Origin: Deltaproteobacteria bacterium
Lineage (GTDB): Bacteria > Desulfobacterota > Binatia > UBA12015
Assembly (NCBI GenBank): GCA_046583355.1
Contig: JAYGCM010000087.1
Span: 1-64,000 of the forward strand
Direction of reading: 5' to 3'
DNA: 64,000 nucleotides
The notes below the pieces were generated by a model. The model was not told where the DNA came from and made no database searches. It saw only the letters and a program-made list of their open reading frames with translations. This document shows positions 19,277-29,620 of the stretch, piece after piece. A program made the position numbers and the translations under genes. Each line of letters begins with the position of its first letter. Positions within the stretch are counted from its first letter, which is position 1.

Positions 19277-20407
19277 ATGGCGGCGGCACGGCAACTCACG
19301 CTCCGAACGGGCGATGGCGCGGCATTGCTGGTGCAGGTGGGCGGGGATTGGCATCTGCGCGAGGGCATTCCGGCGCAGGAAGATCTGCGCGCGCGACTCA
19401 AGGCCGAGCGACCGGCGTGTCTGGTGCTCCAGGCCGCCGAGCTGGGCGAGTGGGATTCGAGCCTGATCGTCTGGTTGGTCGGTGCGGCTGCCTCGGCGCA
19501 GGAGGCTTCGGTCGCGCTCGATGTCTCGGCTCTGCCCGAGGGCGTGCAGCGCCTGCTCGCGCTGGCCCAGGCCGTGCCCGAGAACAAGGACGCCCGCTCC
19601 GTTGCGGCTCCCCGAGGGTGGCTCGATCGCCTTGGTCGCGCGGCGCTTGCCTTGGCGGCGGATTGTCGCCGCGGCCTTGTCTTCCTCGGCGAGGCGGCGC
19701 TTGGCTGCGGCCGCTTGCTGCGCGGTCGGGCCCGTTTCCGACGCTCGGACCTTTTCGTCCTGATCGAAGATTGTGGCGCGCGCGCCCTGCCGATTGTCAC
19801 GCTGATCTCGTTTCTTGTCGGGCTGATTCTTGCCTTTGTCGGCGCTATCCAATTACAACAATTCGGCGCCGAGATCTACGTGGCGAACCTTGTCGGAATC
19901 GCGATGCTGCGTGAGATGGGTGCGATGATGGCGGCCATCATCATGGCCGGGCGCACCGGAGCCGCCTTTGCTGCGCAACTCGGCACCATGAAAGTCACCC
20001 AGGAAATCGACGCGCTGACCACCATGGGAATCTCGGCAATGGATTTCCTGGTCCTGCCCCGCATGATCGCGCTTTGTTTGATGATGCCGCTGCTCGCTCT
20101 CTATGCGGACCTGGTCGGCATCGCGGGAGGGGCTCTGGTGGGCGTGACCATGCTGGATCTCTCGCCGACTCTTTATTTTCAGCAGACCGCCGCGGCGGTA
20201 ACCATGGCCGATTTGACTGTCGGGTTACTGAAATCCGGCGTCTTCGGCCTGCTGATCGCGGTAGCGGGCTGCCTGCGGGGCATGGAATGCGGCAATAGTT
20301 CGTCGGCGGTCGGCGCGGCAGCGACCTCCGCCGTGGTCACCGGCATCGTGCTGGTCATCGTCTCCGATGCCCTCATCACCGTGCTCTTCACCTTTGTGGG
20401 ATTCTGA
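19277..20407 (+). CDS. mlaE: MlaE-family lipid ABC permease with N-terminal STAS-like domain
   Basis: LREMGAMMAAIIMAGRTGAAFAAQLGTMKVTQEIDAL; VGAAATSAVV. Confidence 0.9.
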   Translation: MAAARQLTLRTGDGAALLVQVGGDWHLREGIPAQEDLRARLKAERPACLVLQAAELGEWDSSLIVWLVGAAASAQEASVALDVSALPEGVQRLLALAQAVPENKDARSVAAPRGWLDRLGRAALALAADCRRGLVFLGEAALGCGRLLRGRARFRRSDLFVLIEDCGARALPIVTLISFLVGLILAFVGAIQLQQFGAEIYVANLVGIAMLREMGAMMAAIIMAGRTGAAFAAQLGTMKVTQEIDALTTMGISAMDFLVLPRMIALCLMMPLLALYADLVGIAGGALVGVTMLDLSPTLYFQQTAAAVTMADLTVGLLKSGVFGLLIAVAGCLRGMECGNSSSAVGAAATSAVVTGIVLVIVSDALITVLFTFVGF

Positions 20408-21196
20408 ATGGAGCGAGCGCAGAGCATGAGGGAGCCGGCGGCGATCACGGTTTCGGACCTCAAAATGGCCTACGGCGATTTCGTCGTGATGCAGGATCTC
20501 GATTTCAGCATCCGCCGTGGTGATATTTTCATCATCATGGGTGGCAGTGGCTGCGGCAAGAGTACGCTCCTGCGTCATCTCGTCGGGCTGATGGAGCCTG
20601 CCAAGGGCGAGGTCCTCTATGGCGCGCAATCTTTCACCCAGGCCGATGCCGTGGCGCGTGCCGCTCTTCTGCGCCGCTTCGGCGTGCTCTACCAAAGCGG
20701 GGCGCTGTGGTCTTCGATGACTCTGGCAGAAAATATCGCCTTGCCGCTGGGTGAGTTCACCGACCTCTCGCCGCGTGAGATCCGCGAGGTCGCGGCGCTC
20801 AAATTGGCCTTGGTCGGTCTGGCCGGCTTTGAGGATTTCTATCCCGCGGAGATCTCCGGCGGGATGCAGAAACGTGCCGGGCTGGCCCGTGCGATCGCGC
20901 TCGACCCCGATATGCTCTTCTTCGATGAGCCCTCGGCCGGGCTCGACCCGATCTCCTCGGCTCGCCTGGACGATCTGATCCTTGAGTTGCGCGACAGCCT
21001 GGGCGCGACCATCGTTATCGTGACCCACGAACTCGCCAGTATCTTTGCAATTGGTGACGATAGCGTGTTTCTCGACACGGAGACTCGAACCATGAGCGCA
21101 GTCGGCAACCCCAAAGAACTCCGCGATCAGGCGGACAATCCCGGTGTACGGAATTTCCTCACGCGCGGCGTCGGAAGTCCGGGGGCAATGGCATGA
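20408..21196 (+). CDS. mlaF: MlaF-family ABC ATPase
   Basis: GGSGCGKST, ISGGMQKRAGLARA, FFDEPSAGLDP, VTH. Confidence 0.92.
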   Translation: MERAQSMREPAAITVSDLKMAYGDFVVMQDLDFSIRRGDIFIIMGGSGCGKSTLLRHLVGLMEPAKGEVLYGAQSFTQADAVARAALLRRFGVLYQSGALWSSMTLAENIALPLGEFTDLSPREIREVAALKLALVGLAGFEDFYPAEISGGMQKRAGLARAIALDPDMLFFDEPSAGLDPISSARLDDLILELRDSLGATIVIVTHELASIFAIGDDSVFLDTETRTMSAVGNPKELRDQADNPGVRNFLTRGVGSPGAMA

Positions 21197-22134
21197 GCAG
21201 AAAAGCCAATCCGGCAAGAATTGGCGCTTTTGTCGTAGGTGCCGCGGTGGTCGCGGTGGTGGCGATCGCGGTTCTCGGCTCCGGCCGTTTTTTTGAACAA
21301 ACAGAGAAATTCGTCTGCAATTTCCGCGGCTCGGTCAACGGCCTCGCGGTCGGCTCGAACGTCAAATTCAAGGGCGTGCCGATCGGCACTGTGGCGCAAA
21401 TACGGCTGCGTTTTGAAGAGCTCGTGCCTGGGGATGCGGTCGCTATCCCGGTGGTGATCGAAATCGACGAAAGCAAGATCGAATTGGGGGCCGGCCGTCC
21501 GCTCGACTTCGGCGATCCGGCCATATTGGGAGACCTGATCGGCCGTGGCTTGCGCGCCAGCCTGCAGCCGGAGAGCCTGGTCACCGGCCTTCTTTTCGTC
21601 AATCTTGATTTTTACCCCGACGCGGCGCCCGTCGAGTTCAACGCCGAGGCCTCGCTTCTGGCGATTCCGACCTTGCCCTCGACGCTCGAAGCCGTCCAGG
21701 AGGTCATCGGGCGCATCGTGCGCGAACTCGACCAAGTCGATTTCAAGGCCGTGTTCACCTCGGTCGAGGATAGCATCGAGGCGATCCACGAGGTCCTGAC
21801 CTCACCGGAGATTCCCTCGACCCTGGAATCGCTCTCCGACACCATGGAGAGTCTGCGCGGCCTCTCTTTGACCTTGAACGAGAAGATCGGCCCCTTCACG
21901 GATGCGGTTGAGGGTACGGCTCGGCAGGCCGACCAGACATTGGCGGAAATGACCAAGGTAATCCGCTCGGTTCAGCTACTGATCGAGCCGGAATCCCCAC
22001 TTGCCTACCAATTGGGTGAGACGCTCAAGCAGGTTTCGGGTGCGGCGGATTCGATGCGTGAACTCACCGGGTTCCTGGCCGAACACCCGAGCGCTCTGCT
22101 CTATGGCCGCGGCCTGGAGGAGGAAGACCAATGA
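21193..22134 (+). CDS. MlaD/MCE-domain protein with C-terminal helical tail
   Basis: N-terminal TM, SVNGLAVGSNVKFKGVPIGTV, SLVTGLLFVNLD, long helical region. Confidence 0.9.
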   Translation: MSRKANPARIGAFVVGAAVVAVVAIAVLGSGRFFEQTEKFVCNFRGSVNGLAVGSNVKFKGVPIGTVAQIRLRFEELVPGDAVAIPVVIEIDESKIELGAGRPLDFGDPAILGDLIGRGLRASLQPESLVTGLLFVNLDFYPDAAPVEFNAEASLLAIPTLPSTLEAVQEVIGRIVRELDQVDFKAVFTSVEDSIEAIHEVLTSPEIPSTLESLSDTMESLRGLSLTLNEKIGPFTDAVEGTARQADQTLAEMTKVIRSVQLLIEPESPLAYQLGETLKQVSGAADSMRELTGFLAEHPSALLYGRGLEEEDQ

Positions 22135-22742
22135 CCCCGAATATCCTGATGTACTCGCGCCGCGGCGGAGCGCTCCTGCTCGCGCTGCTGCTCTCGGGTT
22201 GCTCGTTGCTGGCGCCGATAAGCGACACCAGCCCGATCCGCTATTTCGTTCTCACCGAGGCCCGCGACCTGAGCCGGATCGCCGACCTGCCCCAATTGCG
22301 GGTGGGCGTCGGGCCGATCCGCATCCCGGAGTATCTGCAACGCCTGGCGTTGGTGCAGCGTGTGGACGAGAATCGCGTGGTCTATTCGAGCCTGGACCGC
22401 TGGGCCGAGCCGCTGCGAGGGAACTTCCAGCGTGTGCTGGCCGATGATCTCGCCGTGCTGCTGCGCACCCGCCATCTCGCGCTTTTCCCCTGGTATCAGA
22501 CCGCCGCACCCGACCGTCGCATCCGTATTGATGTGCAACGCTTCGAGCAAACGCCTTCGGGAGACGTGCGCCTCTGGGCTCGCTGGACGCTGCGTGACGG
22601 GAAACGTGAAAGGCTCGCCTCGGGGGAATTCGACCAGCTACGAAAGGCCCTTGGTGGCGGCGATGCCGTGGTCGCTGCGATGAGCGATCTGACCGGCGAT
22701 CTCGCACGCGATCTCGCCGTCGCGATCGCCGACTCCGTCTGA
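22131..22742 (+). CDS. PqiC-like ABC-transport auxiliary lipoprotein
   Basis: Lipobox LSGC; VGPIRIPEYLQR, RWAEPL; last gene of the MCE operon. Confidence 0.85.
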   Translation: MTPNILMYSRRGGALLLALLLSGCSLLAPISDTSPIRYFVLTEARDLSRIADLPQLRVGVGPIRIPEYLQRLALVQRVDENRVVYSSLDRWAEPLRGNFQRVLADDLAVLLRTRHLALFPWYQTAAPDRRIRIDVQRFEQTPSGDVRLWARWTLRDGKRERLASGEFDQLRKALGGGDAVVAAMSDLTGDLARDLAVAIADSV

Positions 22743-22817
22743 GTTCAGATCTTGTCGGCGCGCAGGCGGCCGGCGAGGTGGGGGCCTCGCACCAGCGCGT
22801 GCTTGCTGCCTCTTTCC

Positions 22818-24461
22818 TCAGCTGCGGCGCTGGGCGCGGAAGCGGTGGATCAGGGTATTGGTCGAGCTATCATGGCCGAGTTCTGGGGTGGCCTTCGAGG
22901 CAAGCTCCGGAATAATGCGGTTGGCGAGCACCTTGCCGAGTTCCATGCCCCATTGGTCAAAAGAGTTGATATTCCAGATGGTGCCCTGGGTGAAGACCTT
23001 GTGCTCGTAGAGTGCGATCAGCTGGCCGAGAATATGCGGGGTGAGTTCCCGTCCGACAAGAATTGTTGTCGTTGGGTGGTTGCCGCGGAAGCTGCGATGC
23101 GGCACCTCGGTCTCCGGCACGCCTTCGGCGAGGACCTCGTCTTCGGTTTTGCCGAAGGCCAATGCCTCGGTCTGCGCGAGGAAATTCGCCATCAGCAAAT
23201 CATGGTGTTGGCCGAGCTCGTGGTTGGGCTTGGCGAAGCCGATGAAATCGCAAGGAATCAGCTTCGTTCCCTGGTGGATCAGTTGGTAATAGGCGTGCTG
23301 GCCGTTGGTGCCGGGCTGCCCCCAGACAATCGGACCGGTTTGGTAGTCGGTGATCGGCCGGCCTTGGCGGTCGGTCGACTTCCCGTCGCTCTCCATATCG
23401 AGTTGTTGGAGGTAGGCCGTGAGCCGCCAGAGGTATTGGCTATAGGGCAGAATCGAGAGGGTTTGGGCGCCGAAGAAGTTATTGTACCAGATTCCGATCA
23501 GGCCGAGCAGGACTGGTAAATTATCTTTGAGCTTGGCGGTGCGGAAATGCTCGTCCATCGCGTGCATGCCGGCCAGCATCGCGCCGAAGGCCTCGGCGCC
23601 GATGGCAACCATCAGGGAGAGCCCAACGGCTGAAGCGAAGGAATAGCGCCCGCCGACCCAATCCCAGAATTCGAACATATTGTCCGTGTCGATACCGAAT
23701 TCGGCTACCTTGGCGGCATTGGTCGAGACAGCGACGAAATGCTTCGCGATGGCTGCCTCGTCGCCCAGCGCGTCGAGGACCCAGGCGCGTGCGCTGCGGG
23801 CATTGGTCAAGGTCTCGAGCGTAGTGAAGGTCTTCGAGCAGACGATGAAGAGGGTCTCTTCGGCCCGCTTGCCTTGCACGGCTTCGGCAAAGGCTGTCGC
23901 ATCGACATTGGAGACGAAATCAAAACTGATGTTGCGCTGGCTACAGGATTTGAGCGCTTCATAGGCCATCGCCGGGCCGAGGTCCGAGCCGCCGATGCCG
24001 ATATTGATCACGTGCCGGATGGGCTTGCCGCTATATCCGCGCCACGCGCCGCTGCGCAGCTTTTCACTGAAGGCGGCCATTTTGTCGAGAACGCGGTGCA
24101 CGGCGGGGACGACATTTTCGCCATCGAGGAGAATCTCGGCGCCACGCGGGGCGCGCAGCGCGACGTGCAGGACCGCGCGCTGCTCGGTGCTGTTGATCTT
24201 CTCGCCGGCAAACATCGCCTGGATGCGGGACGCCAAGGCGGCGCGCTCGGCTAATGCTCCCAGCAGGCGCAGCGTCTCGTCGGTCAGGCGGTTCTTGGAA
24301 AAATCGACGTAGAGGTCGAGCACCTCGAGATGCATGCGCTCGCCACGGCCGGCGTCGGCCGCGAAGAGCTCGCGCAGATGCGTATCGGCCAGCTCGGCCT
24401 GATGCGCCTCAAGTGCCTTCCATTCGGGCCATTGGTCGGGACGGGATATTTGCTCTGCCAT
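22818..24461 (-). CDS. pgi: Glucose-6-phosphate isomerase
   Basis: [53 protein letters not shown]. Confidence 0.97.
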   Translation of the reverse strand: MAEQISRPDQWPEWKALEAHQAELADTHLRELFAADAGRGERMHLEVLDLYVDFSKNRLTDETLRLLGALAERAALASRIQAMFAGEKINSTEQRAVLHVALRAPRGAEILLDGENVVPAVHRVLDKMAAFSEKLRSGAWRGYSGKPIRHVINIGIGGSDLGPAMAYEALKSCSQRNISFDFVSNVDATAFAEAVQGKRAEETLFIVCSKTFTTLETLTNARSARAWVLDALGDEAAIAKHFVAVSTNAAKVAEFGIDTDNMFEFWDWVGGRYSFASAVGLSLMVAIGAEAFGAMLAGMHAMDEHFRTAKLKDNLPVLLGLIGIWYNNFFGAQTLSILPYSQYLWRLTAYLQQLDMESDGKSTDRQGRPITDYQTGPIVWGQPGTNGQHAYYQLIHQGTKLIPCDFIGFAKPNHELGQHHDLLMANFLAQTEALAFGKTEDEVLAEGVPETEVPHRSFRGNHPTTTILVGRELTPHILGQLIALYEHKVFTQGTIWNINSFDQWGMELGKVLANRIIPELASKATPELGHDSSTNTLIHRFRAQRRS

Positions 24462-24565
24462 CGGTCTGCTTTTCCTTCTTCGCACGGGGGAATCGGGAGA
24501 ATAGCGACTCGCCCGGACCAGGCAAGCGCTGGCACCTGGGCGCGAATTCCGGTTGATTGCATTCG

Positions 24566-26059
24566 ATGCGCGAACGCGCGGCGCAAGAGACAGCTCTGGT
24601 ACGGGCATTCGAGGAAGCCGATGCGGCCGGGTTGCTTCTCTCCGCTCGCGAGCGGAGCTCGGCGACTGCGGGTGCGCGCGTCCTTGGCGGCTCAGAGGAG
24701 GGCCAGGCGGGCGAACGTGCGCGCCTCTTGCTGGCGCGTCTCGAGGTGGTCGTGCCGGGCCTGGGCCGTGTGCGGCGCTGCACCCGGCTTGCGCCGGCGC
24801 TGCTCGTGCCGGTCGCGGTAGTGGCACTCGCGCTGGGAATAGCGACCAACGCGCTCGGGCCGCAGCGTCATCTGAGCCTGTTGGCTTTTCCGCTGCTCGG
24901 GCTGCTGGCCTGGAATCTGGTGTTCTACCCGGTCTCCTGCGTGCTCTTCTTACGGCGTCTGCGCGACGTTCGGCCGGGCGCTACCGGCACCGATACGCCT
25001 GCGCCTCTGCCTGGCGGTGGGCGTCTTTTTGCCTGGCTGGGCGAGTGGGCGTTTGCGCGCGCCGGCGGCCCCGACCCGGATCGGGCGGCGGTTGCCGCTC
25101 GGGCGTTGGCGCAATACGGGCAGGTCTGGGGCGAGGCCGCCGCCCCTCTGATGCAGGTGCGCTTGCGCATGCTGATGCATCTCGGCGCGGCGATGATGGT
25201 CCTCGGCGCGATTCTCGGGATGTATTTGCGCGGTCTCAGCTTTGCCTATGAGGCCACTTGGGAGAGTACCTTTCTGAGTGCCGAGCGGGTCGCCACATTG
25301 CTGCATCTGGTGCTTGGGCCGACGGCGGCGCTCCTTGATTCGACCTTGCCCGACGCGGCGGGGCTTGGCGCTATGCGGGCGCCGGAGGGTGGGGTACCGG
25401 CCGCCATCTGGATTCATATGTGGGCCTTGACGGCCGGCGCTTTGGTGATCGTGCCGCGCCTGCTGCTGGCCGGCTTGGCCGGGTTGATCGCGCGCCAGCG
25501 CGCCCAGGCTGTGCCCATCTCTCCGCTGGCAGGCTCGTTTCGCGCTCTGGCTGGCGAAGACCGTGGCAAGGGCGTGCGCGTCGATATTTTCCCCTACAGC
25601 TACGCAATGCCTGCGCGCGAGGCCGATGCCGCGCTTGCCTTTGCCCACGAGGTCGTCGGTCGTGCGGCGGTGGTGCGGATTTCGCCAGTGGTCGACTACG
25701 GGGCCGGCACGCCGATGGTCCCGGACAGCGAAAGGGCGGCCTGCATTCTGGTCGTCTTTGCCTTGGTGCAATCCCCCGAACTCGAAGTACACGGCGATTT
25801 TCTCAGGCATCTGCAAGCCACCGTTCCGGAGGCCCGGCTTTTGGCCGTTGTGGATCGCTCGCCCTGGAGGCTGCGCTTCGGTACCACCGAAGACGAGCGC
25901 GCCGGCGAGCGGCAGAGGGCTTGGGATCGGGTTGTGCGTGAGGTCGGTCTGACGGCCACGCATCTCGACCTGGGCACGGAGATACAATTGGACACCATGG
26001 CGCTGGCCGGCGAGGCCAGCCAGGGGAGCATGCGCCAGTCGCAGATGAGAAAATCATGA
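24566..26059 (+). CDS. DUF2868-like membrane protein
   Basis: About 4 TMs; [16 protein letters not shown] and [10 protein letters not shown] motifs; precedes a DUF3482-type GTPase. Confidence 0.75.
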   Translation: MRERAAQETALVRAFEEADAAGLLLSARERSSATAGARVLGGSEEGQAGERARLLLARLEVVVPGLGRVRRCTRLAPALLVPVAVVALALGIATNALGPQRHLSLLAFPLLGLLAWNLVFYPVSCVLFLRRLRDVRPGATGTDTPAPLPGGGRLFAWLGEWAFARAGGPDPDRAAVAARALAQYGQVWGEAAAPLMQVRLRMLMHLGAAMMVLGAILGMYLRGLSFAYEATWESTFLSAERVATLLHLVLGPTAALLDSTLPDAAGLGAMRAPEGGVPAAIWIHMWALTAGALVIVPRLLLAGLAGLIARQRAQAVPISPLAGSFRALAGEDRGKGVRVDIFPYSYAMPAREADAALAFAHEVVGRAAVVRISPVVDYGAGTPMVPDSERAACILVVFALVQSPELEVHGDFLRHLQATVPEARLLAVVDRSPWRLRFGTTEDERAGERQRAWDRVVREVGLTATHLDLGTEIQLDTMALAGEASQGSMRQSQMRKS

Positions 26060-27540
26060 GTACTGTAACTCTCAGCCTGATCTCGCATACGAATGTCGGC
26101 AAGACGACGCTGGCCCGCACGATTCTACGTCGCGATGTCGGCGAGGTCCTGGACCAGGCCCACGTGACGGATGTCTCCGAGGGCTTCGACCTGGTGAAGA
26201 GCGGCGACTCCGTGCTCTGGCTCTGGGATACTCCCGGCCTGGGCGACTCGGCACGTCTGATGGCGCGGTTGCGCCACCACGGCAACCCGCTGGGCTGGTT
26301 TCTGCACCAGGTCTGGGACCGCTACCGCGATCGGCCGCTCTACTCGAGCCAGCAGGCCGTGCGCAATATCCGTACCGAGGCCGATGTGGTGCTCTATCTG
26401 GTCAACGCCGCGGAAGACCCGATTGACGCTGGCTATGTTTCGCATGAAATGGAGCTGCTCAGCTGGATGGAGAAGCCCGTCATGGTGCTCCTCAACCAGA
26501 CCGGCTACGATGGCGGCGCGGCGCGCGTGGAGGCCTGGTCGCAGGAGCTATCCAAATGGCCGATCGTCCGCGATATTCTGCCGCTGGATGCCTTCACCCG
26601 CTGTTGGGTGCAGGAGGGAATCTTGCTGGAGCGGGTAGAGAAGCTTCTCTCGCCCGCGCGTCAGCCCATCATGTCAGAATTGCAAAGGGCGTGGCAGGAT
26701 CGGAATCTAGCCGTTTTCGATCGGTCGGCGGCGTTGTTGGGCAGCTATTTGCAACGTGCGGTGCACGCGACCGAAGCGCTGGAGGCCAAGAGCGGCGGCA
26801 AGACGGAGAAGCGTCGGGCCATGCGCGTGCTCTCGCAGCGCCTCGATGACGAGACGCGCTCTCTGATGGATTCCCTGATTGAAGAGCATGGCCTTTCGGG
26901 CCGTTTTCAGACCGTGGCGCGTGCGAGCCTGCGCGAAGATTTCGACCTGCCTGGTGCGCGAGCTCTCTCGTCTTCGCAGACCACGATCCTTGGTGCCGCG
27001 ATGGGCGGTGCGGCCGGTGGCCTGGTCGCCGATGTGGCCGTTGTCGGACTCTCCTTCGGCGGCGGTGCTGTGGCGGGGGCGATCCTGGGCGCGGCCGGGG
27101 CGGTGAGCCTGCGTCGCGGCTACCAATTCGTGAAGGCCGCAGCTTCCCAGCAGGTGCGTTGGGGGGGCGACTTTCTTGACCAATTGCTGCGCCAATCCCT
27201 GCTGCGCTACCTCGCCGTGGCGCATTTTGGGCGAGGCCGCGGCGAATGGCGCGATACCGACAACCCGGAGCATTGGAATGCGCTGGTCGAAGAGGCCATC
27301 GCCGGGCATCGTGAGGCATGGGCAGGGCTCTTTGAGACCGCTCGCAGCTTGGCCGGACCCGACGAAGCCACCGGAGAAACCTTTCAGACGCTGATTCATT
27401 TGACTCTTCTCGACGCGCTCTGCGCGGGGTATCCTACGGCGGCGCATATTCTTCGCCGCGAGCCGGCCAGCAGCGAGCCCTCGGCTCGGTCGCTGCCAGC
27501 ATCGGCGGCCAAGGGAAATGCTGGAGAATCCTCTGGATGA
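26056..27540 (+). CDS. GTPase with DUF3482-like C-terminal domain
   Basis: SHTNVGKTTLARTI, HVT, WDTPGLGD, LLNQ; Gly-rich hydrophobic hairpin; YLAVAHFGRGRG. Confidence 0.8.
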   Translation: MSTVTLSLISHTNVGKTTLARTILRRDVGEVLDQAHVTDVSEGFDLVKSGDSVLWLWDTPGLGDSARLMARLRHHGNPLGWFLHQVWDRYRDRPLYSSQQAVRNIRTEADVVLYLVNAAEDPIDAGYVSHEMELLSWMEKPVMVLLNQTGYDGGAARVEAWSQELSKWPIVRDILPLDAFTRCWVQEGILLERVEKLLSPARQPIMSELQRAWQDRNLAVFDRSAALLGSYLQRAVHATEALEAKSGGKTEKRRAMRVLSQRLDDETRSLMDSLIEEHGLSGRFQTVARASLREDFDLPGARALSSSQTTILGAAMGGAAGGLVADVAVVGLSFGGGAVAGAILGAAGAVSLRRGYQFVKAAASQQVRWGGDFLDQLLRQSLLRYLAVAHFGRGRGEWRDTDNPEHWNALVEEAIAGHREAWAGLFETARSLAGPDEATGETFQTLIHLTLLDALCAGYPTAAHILRREPASSEPSARSLPASAAKGNAGESSG

Positions 27541-29570
27541 AGCGACTCGGTGAATATTGTGTGGCCCTGGAGGCCCGCCTGCGGCCGCTGGTGGCGCCGC
27601 TCGATGCGTTGGCGGCGGGACTGCATGCCCTTCCGGCAGCGACACCCGAGCGCGCGGCGGCCGCCACGGAGATCGACGCGATCCAGAGCCGGCTGGCGGC
27701 CCTGCTTGCCAAGGCGGCCGCGCAGCAGGCCTTCATGATTGTCTTCGGGCCGCTGAAGAGTGGCAAATCTACCTTGATGAACGCGCTGGCCGGCGCCTAT
27801 GTGAGTGAAGTCTCAAGCCTGCCCGCTTATCCCTGCATGGTCTTTGTGGGGGATGCGGCCGAGCGCAAATTGGAGATCACGCATTACGACGGCAGTTCGA
27901 CTGCGTTCGCGAGCCTCGACGGCATGCGCGAGCTTCTCGCAATCGCACATGCCGAATTGGCCGCTGAGTTGCGCCATGCCGAGGAACAGGGCCGCGATCT
28001 CGACCCCGAGCGGGACCTGCCCGGCGCGATCCGCCGTATCGATGTGCGCATGCCGGCGCCGCCTCTGGCCGAATCCGGTGCCATGCTGGTCGACACGCCG
28101 GGACTCTATAGCCGCATGAAATTCGGCTACGACCTGATGGCCCGCGAGTTCCGTGACAAGGCGGCCAGTGCCATTTTTGTCGTCAAGACCGATAACCTTT
28201 TTCTCGAGCAGATCTTCGATGAGTTCACCGATTTGCTGGGTCTCTTCAGTCGTATTTTCCTGGTCGTGAATCTCGACTCCAGCAAACGCGACCTCGTGCC
28301 CGGTGGTGCCTTGGCACCGAGCCTCGAGCAGGTCGAGCCCGGCAAGATCGTCGAGGCCTTCGAGCGCCTCGGCATGAACGCGGAGTTGCGCCGGGCGGTC
28401 GATGAGGGGCGCCTGGAGATCTACCCGGTCGATCTTCTGCGGGCGGCGCGGCGGCGTTTGCAGGAAGGCGGCATGGGCCGCCCGGACGAAAGCACGCAGG
28501 CGACCGCGGTCGAAAATGACGGTTTCGCTCGTCTCGAGCGCGATGTCCTGCATTATTTGAGCGGCAATGAGTTTGTGCAAGCCTTTATTCGCGATACGAC
28601 GCGTCAGGCAGCCGGCCTGCTGGAGGACCTGAATCACTCGGTGCGCAGCGGGGTATTGGCCGATATCGCCGTGCGCGCCGCGGCAATCGAAGACGAACGC
28701 GCGCGGGCGATTCGTCATGCCTCGTTGGCGCGTGACCTGGTCGGCCATGATTGGGAGCGTGCGTTTTCGGCGGTACGCGACGATGTGAGGCGATTGGTCG
28801 GCGAGCGTACCGAGTCGATCGGGCCCAATGCCATTGCCGGGGCCGAAGATGCGGTCGCGCGCTGGTATGAGGGGGACGCCAGCCTGGACGAGTTGCTGCG
28901 TCAGGATATCGCCGGCCTCTTTCGCACGGCCAGGCGCGAGACCATCGAGATCGCCGCCGATGTGAGCCGCACGGTTGTCGGCAGCGATGTCTCGGCCGCG
29001 ATCGTGCGGGCTGGACTGGCCGCCGAGGTCGAGCCCTTGGAGGTTCCGTTTGCCGAGATCGCGCGCGAAGCGCTGGCGGCGGTGACCGAGCCTTCCCGCG
29101 AGGTCGAGTTGGCGCCAGCCATGCCGACGCGTCTACTGCCGGTACGGCGCTCGTGGCTGGATTGGCTGCTCCTGCGTAGTCCCGCTGGCGTGCGTCGCCA
29201 TCTGCTCGGTCCGGATGACGCCCCGGCACGGCGCGTGCCGCGTGCGGTAAAAAAGCACCGGCTCGATGCGGCTCGGCCCGTGCTGGCCCAGGCATTGCGC
29301 CAGCGGATAGGCGGCTTTGCAGAAGAGGCGCTCAGCCGCGCTACCAATGAGGTCTTCGGGCGCCATATCGCCGCCGTTTGCCGCGAGTTACGCGCCCATC
29401 TCGCCATGCGCGAGGCCGCCGAAGCGGAACTGGCCTCTCAGGCCGCCGTTCAACTCGAAGCGCTGGCGGCGGTGGGTACGGCCACATCTGAGCTGGCGGG
29501 AATCGTTCGCGCTGTCGAGCCCGAGGTCCTCGCGCTGGCCGCTGATTTGCCGGCTTCGGCAACGCCCTAG
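27537..29570 (+). CDS. Bacterial dynamin-like GTPase
   Basis: GPLKSGKSTLMNAL, LVDTPGLYS, long helical stalk with RRSWLDWLL tip; ATGA-coupled. Confidence 0.75.
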   Translation: MKRLGEYCVALEARLRPLVAPLDALAAGLHALPAATPERAAAATEIDAIQSRLAALLAKAAAQQAFMIVFGPLKSGKSTLMNALAGAYVSEVSSLPAYPCMVFVGDAAERKLEITHYDGSSTAFASLDGMRELLAIAHAELAAELRHAEEQGRDLDPERDLPGAIRRIDVRMPAPPLAESGAMLVDTPGLYSRMKFGYDLMAREFRDKAASAIFVVKTDNLFLEQIFDEFTDLLGLFSRIFLVVNLDSSKRDLVPGGALAPSLEQVEPGKIVEAFERLGMNAELRRAVDEGRLEIYPVDLLRAARRRLQEGGMGRPDESTQATAVENDGFARLERDVLHYLSGNEFVQAFIRDTTRQAAGLLEDLNHSVRSGVLADIAVRAAAIEDERARAIRHASLARDLVGHDWERAFSAVRDDVRRLVGERTESIGPNAIAGAEDAVARWYEGDASLDELLRQDIAGLFRTARRETIEIAADVSRTVVGSDVSAAIVRAGLAAEVEPLEVPFAEIAREALAAVTEPSREVELAPAMPTRLLPVRRSWLDWLLLRSPAGVRRHLLGPDDAPARRVPRAVKKHRLDAARPVLAQALRQRIGGFAEEALSRATNEVFGRHIAAVCRELRAHLAMREAAEAELASQAAVQLEALAAVGTATSELAGIVRAVEPEVLALAADLPASATP

Positions 29571-29620
29571 CCTGGTCATAAGCTCGCGGAAATCGGAGTC
29601 GGGCAGCTTGGTGCGCCGGG

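Noticed and set aside
19277..22742. MCE operon as a novel system
   Set aside because: MlaE-MlaF-MlaD-PqiC-like four-gene operons are a well-known, widespread architecture.
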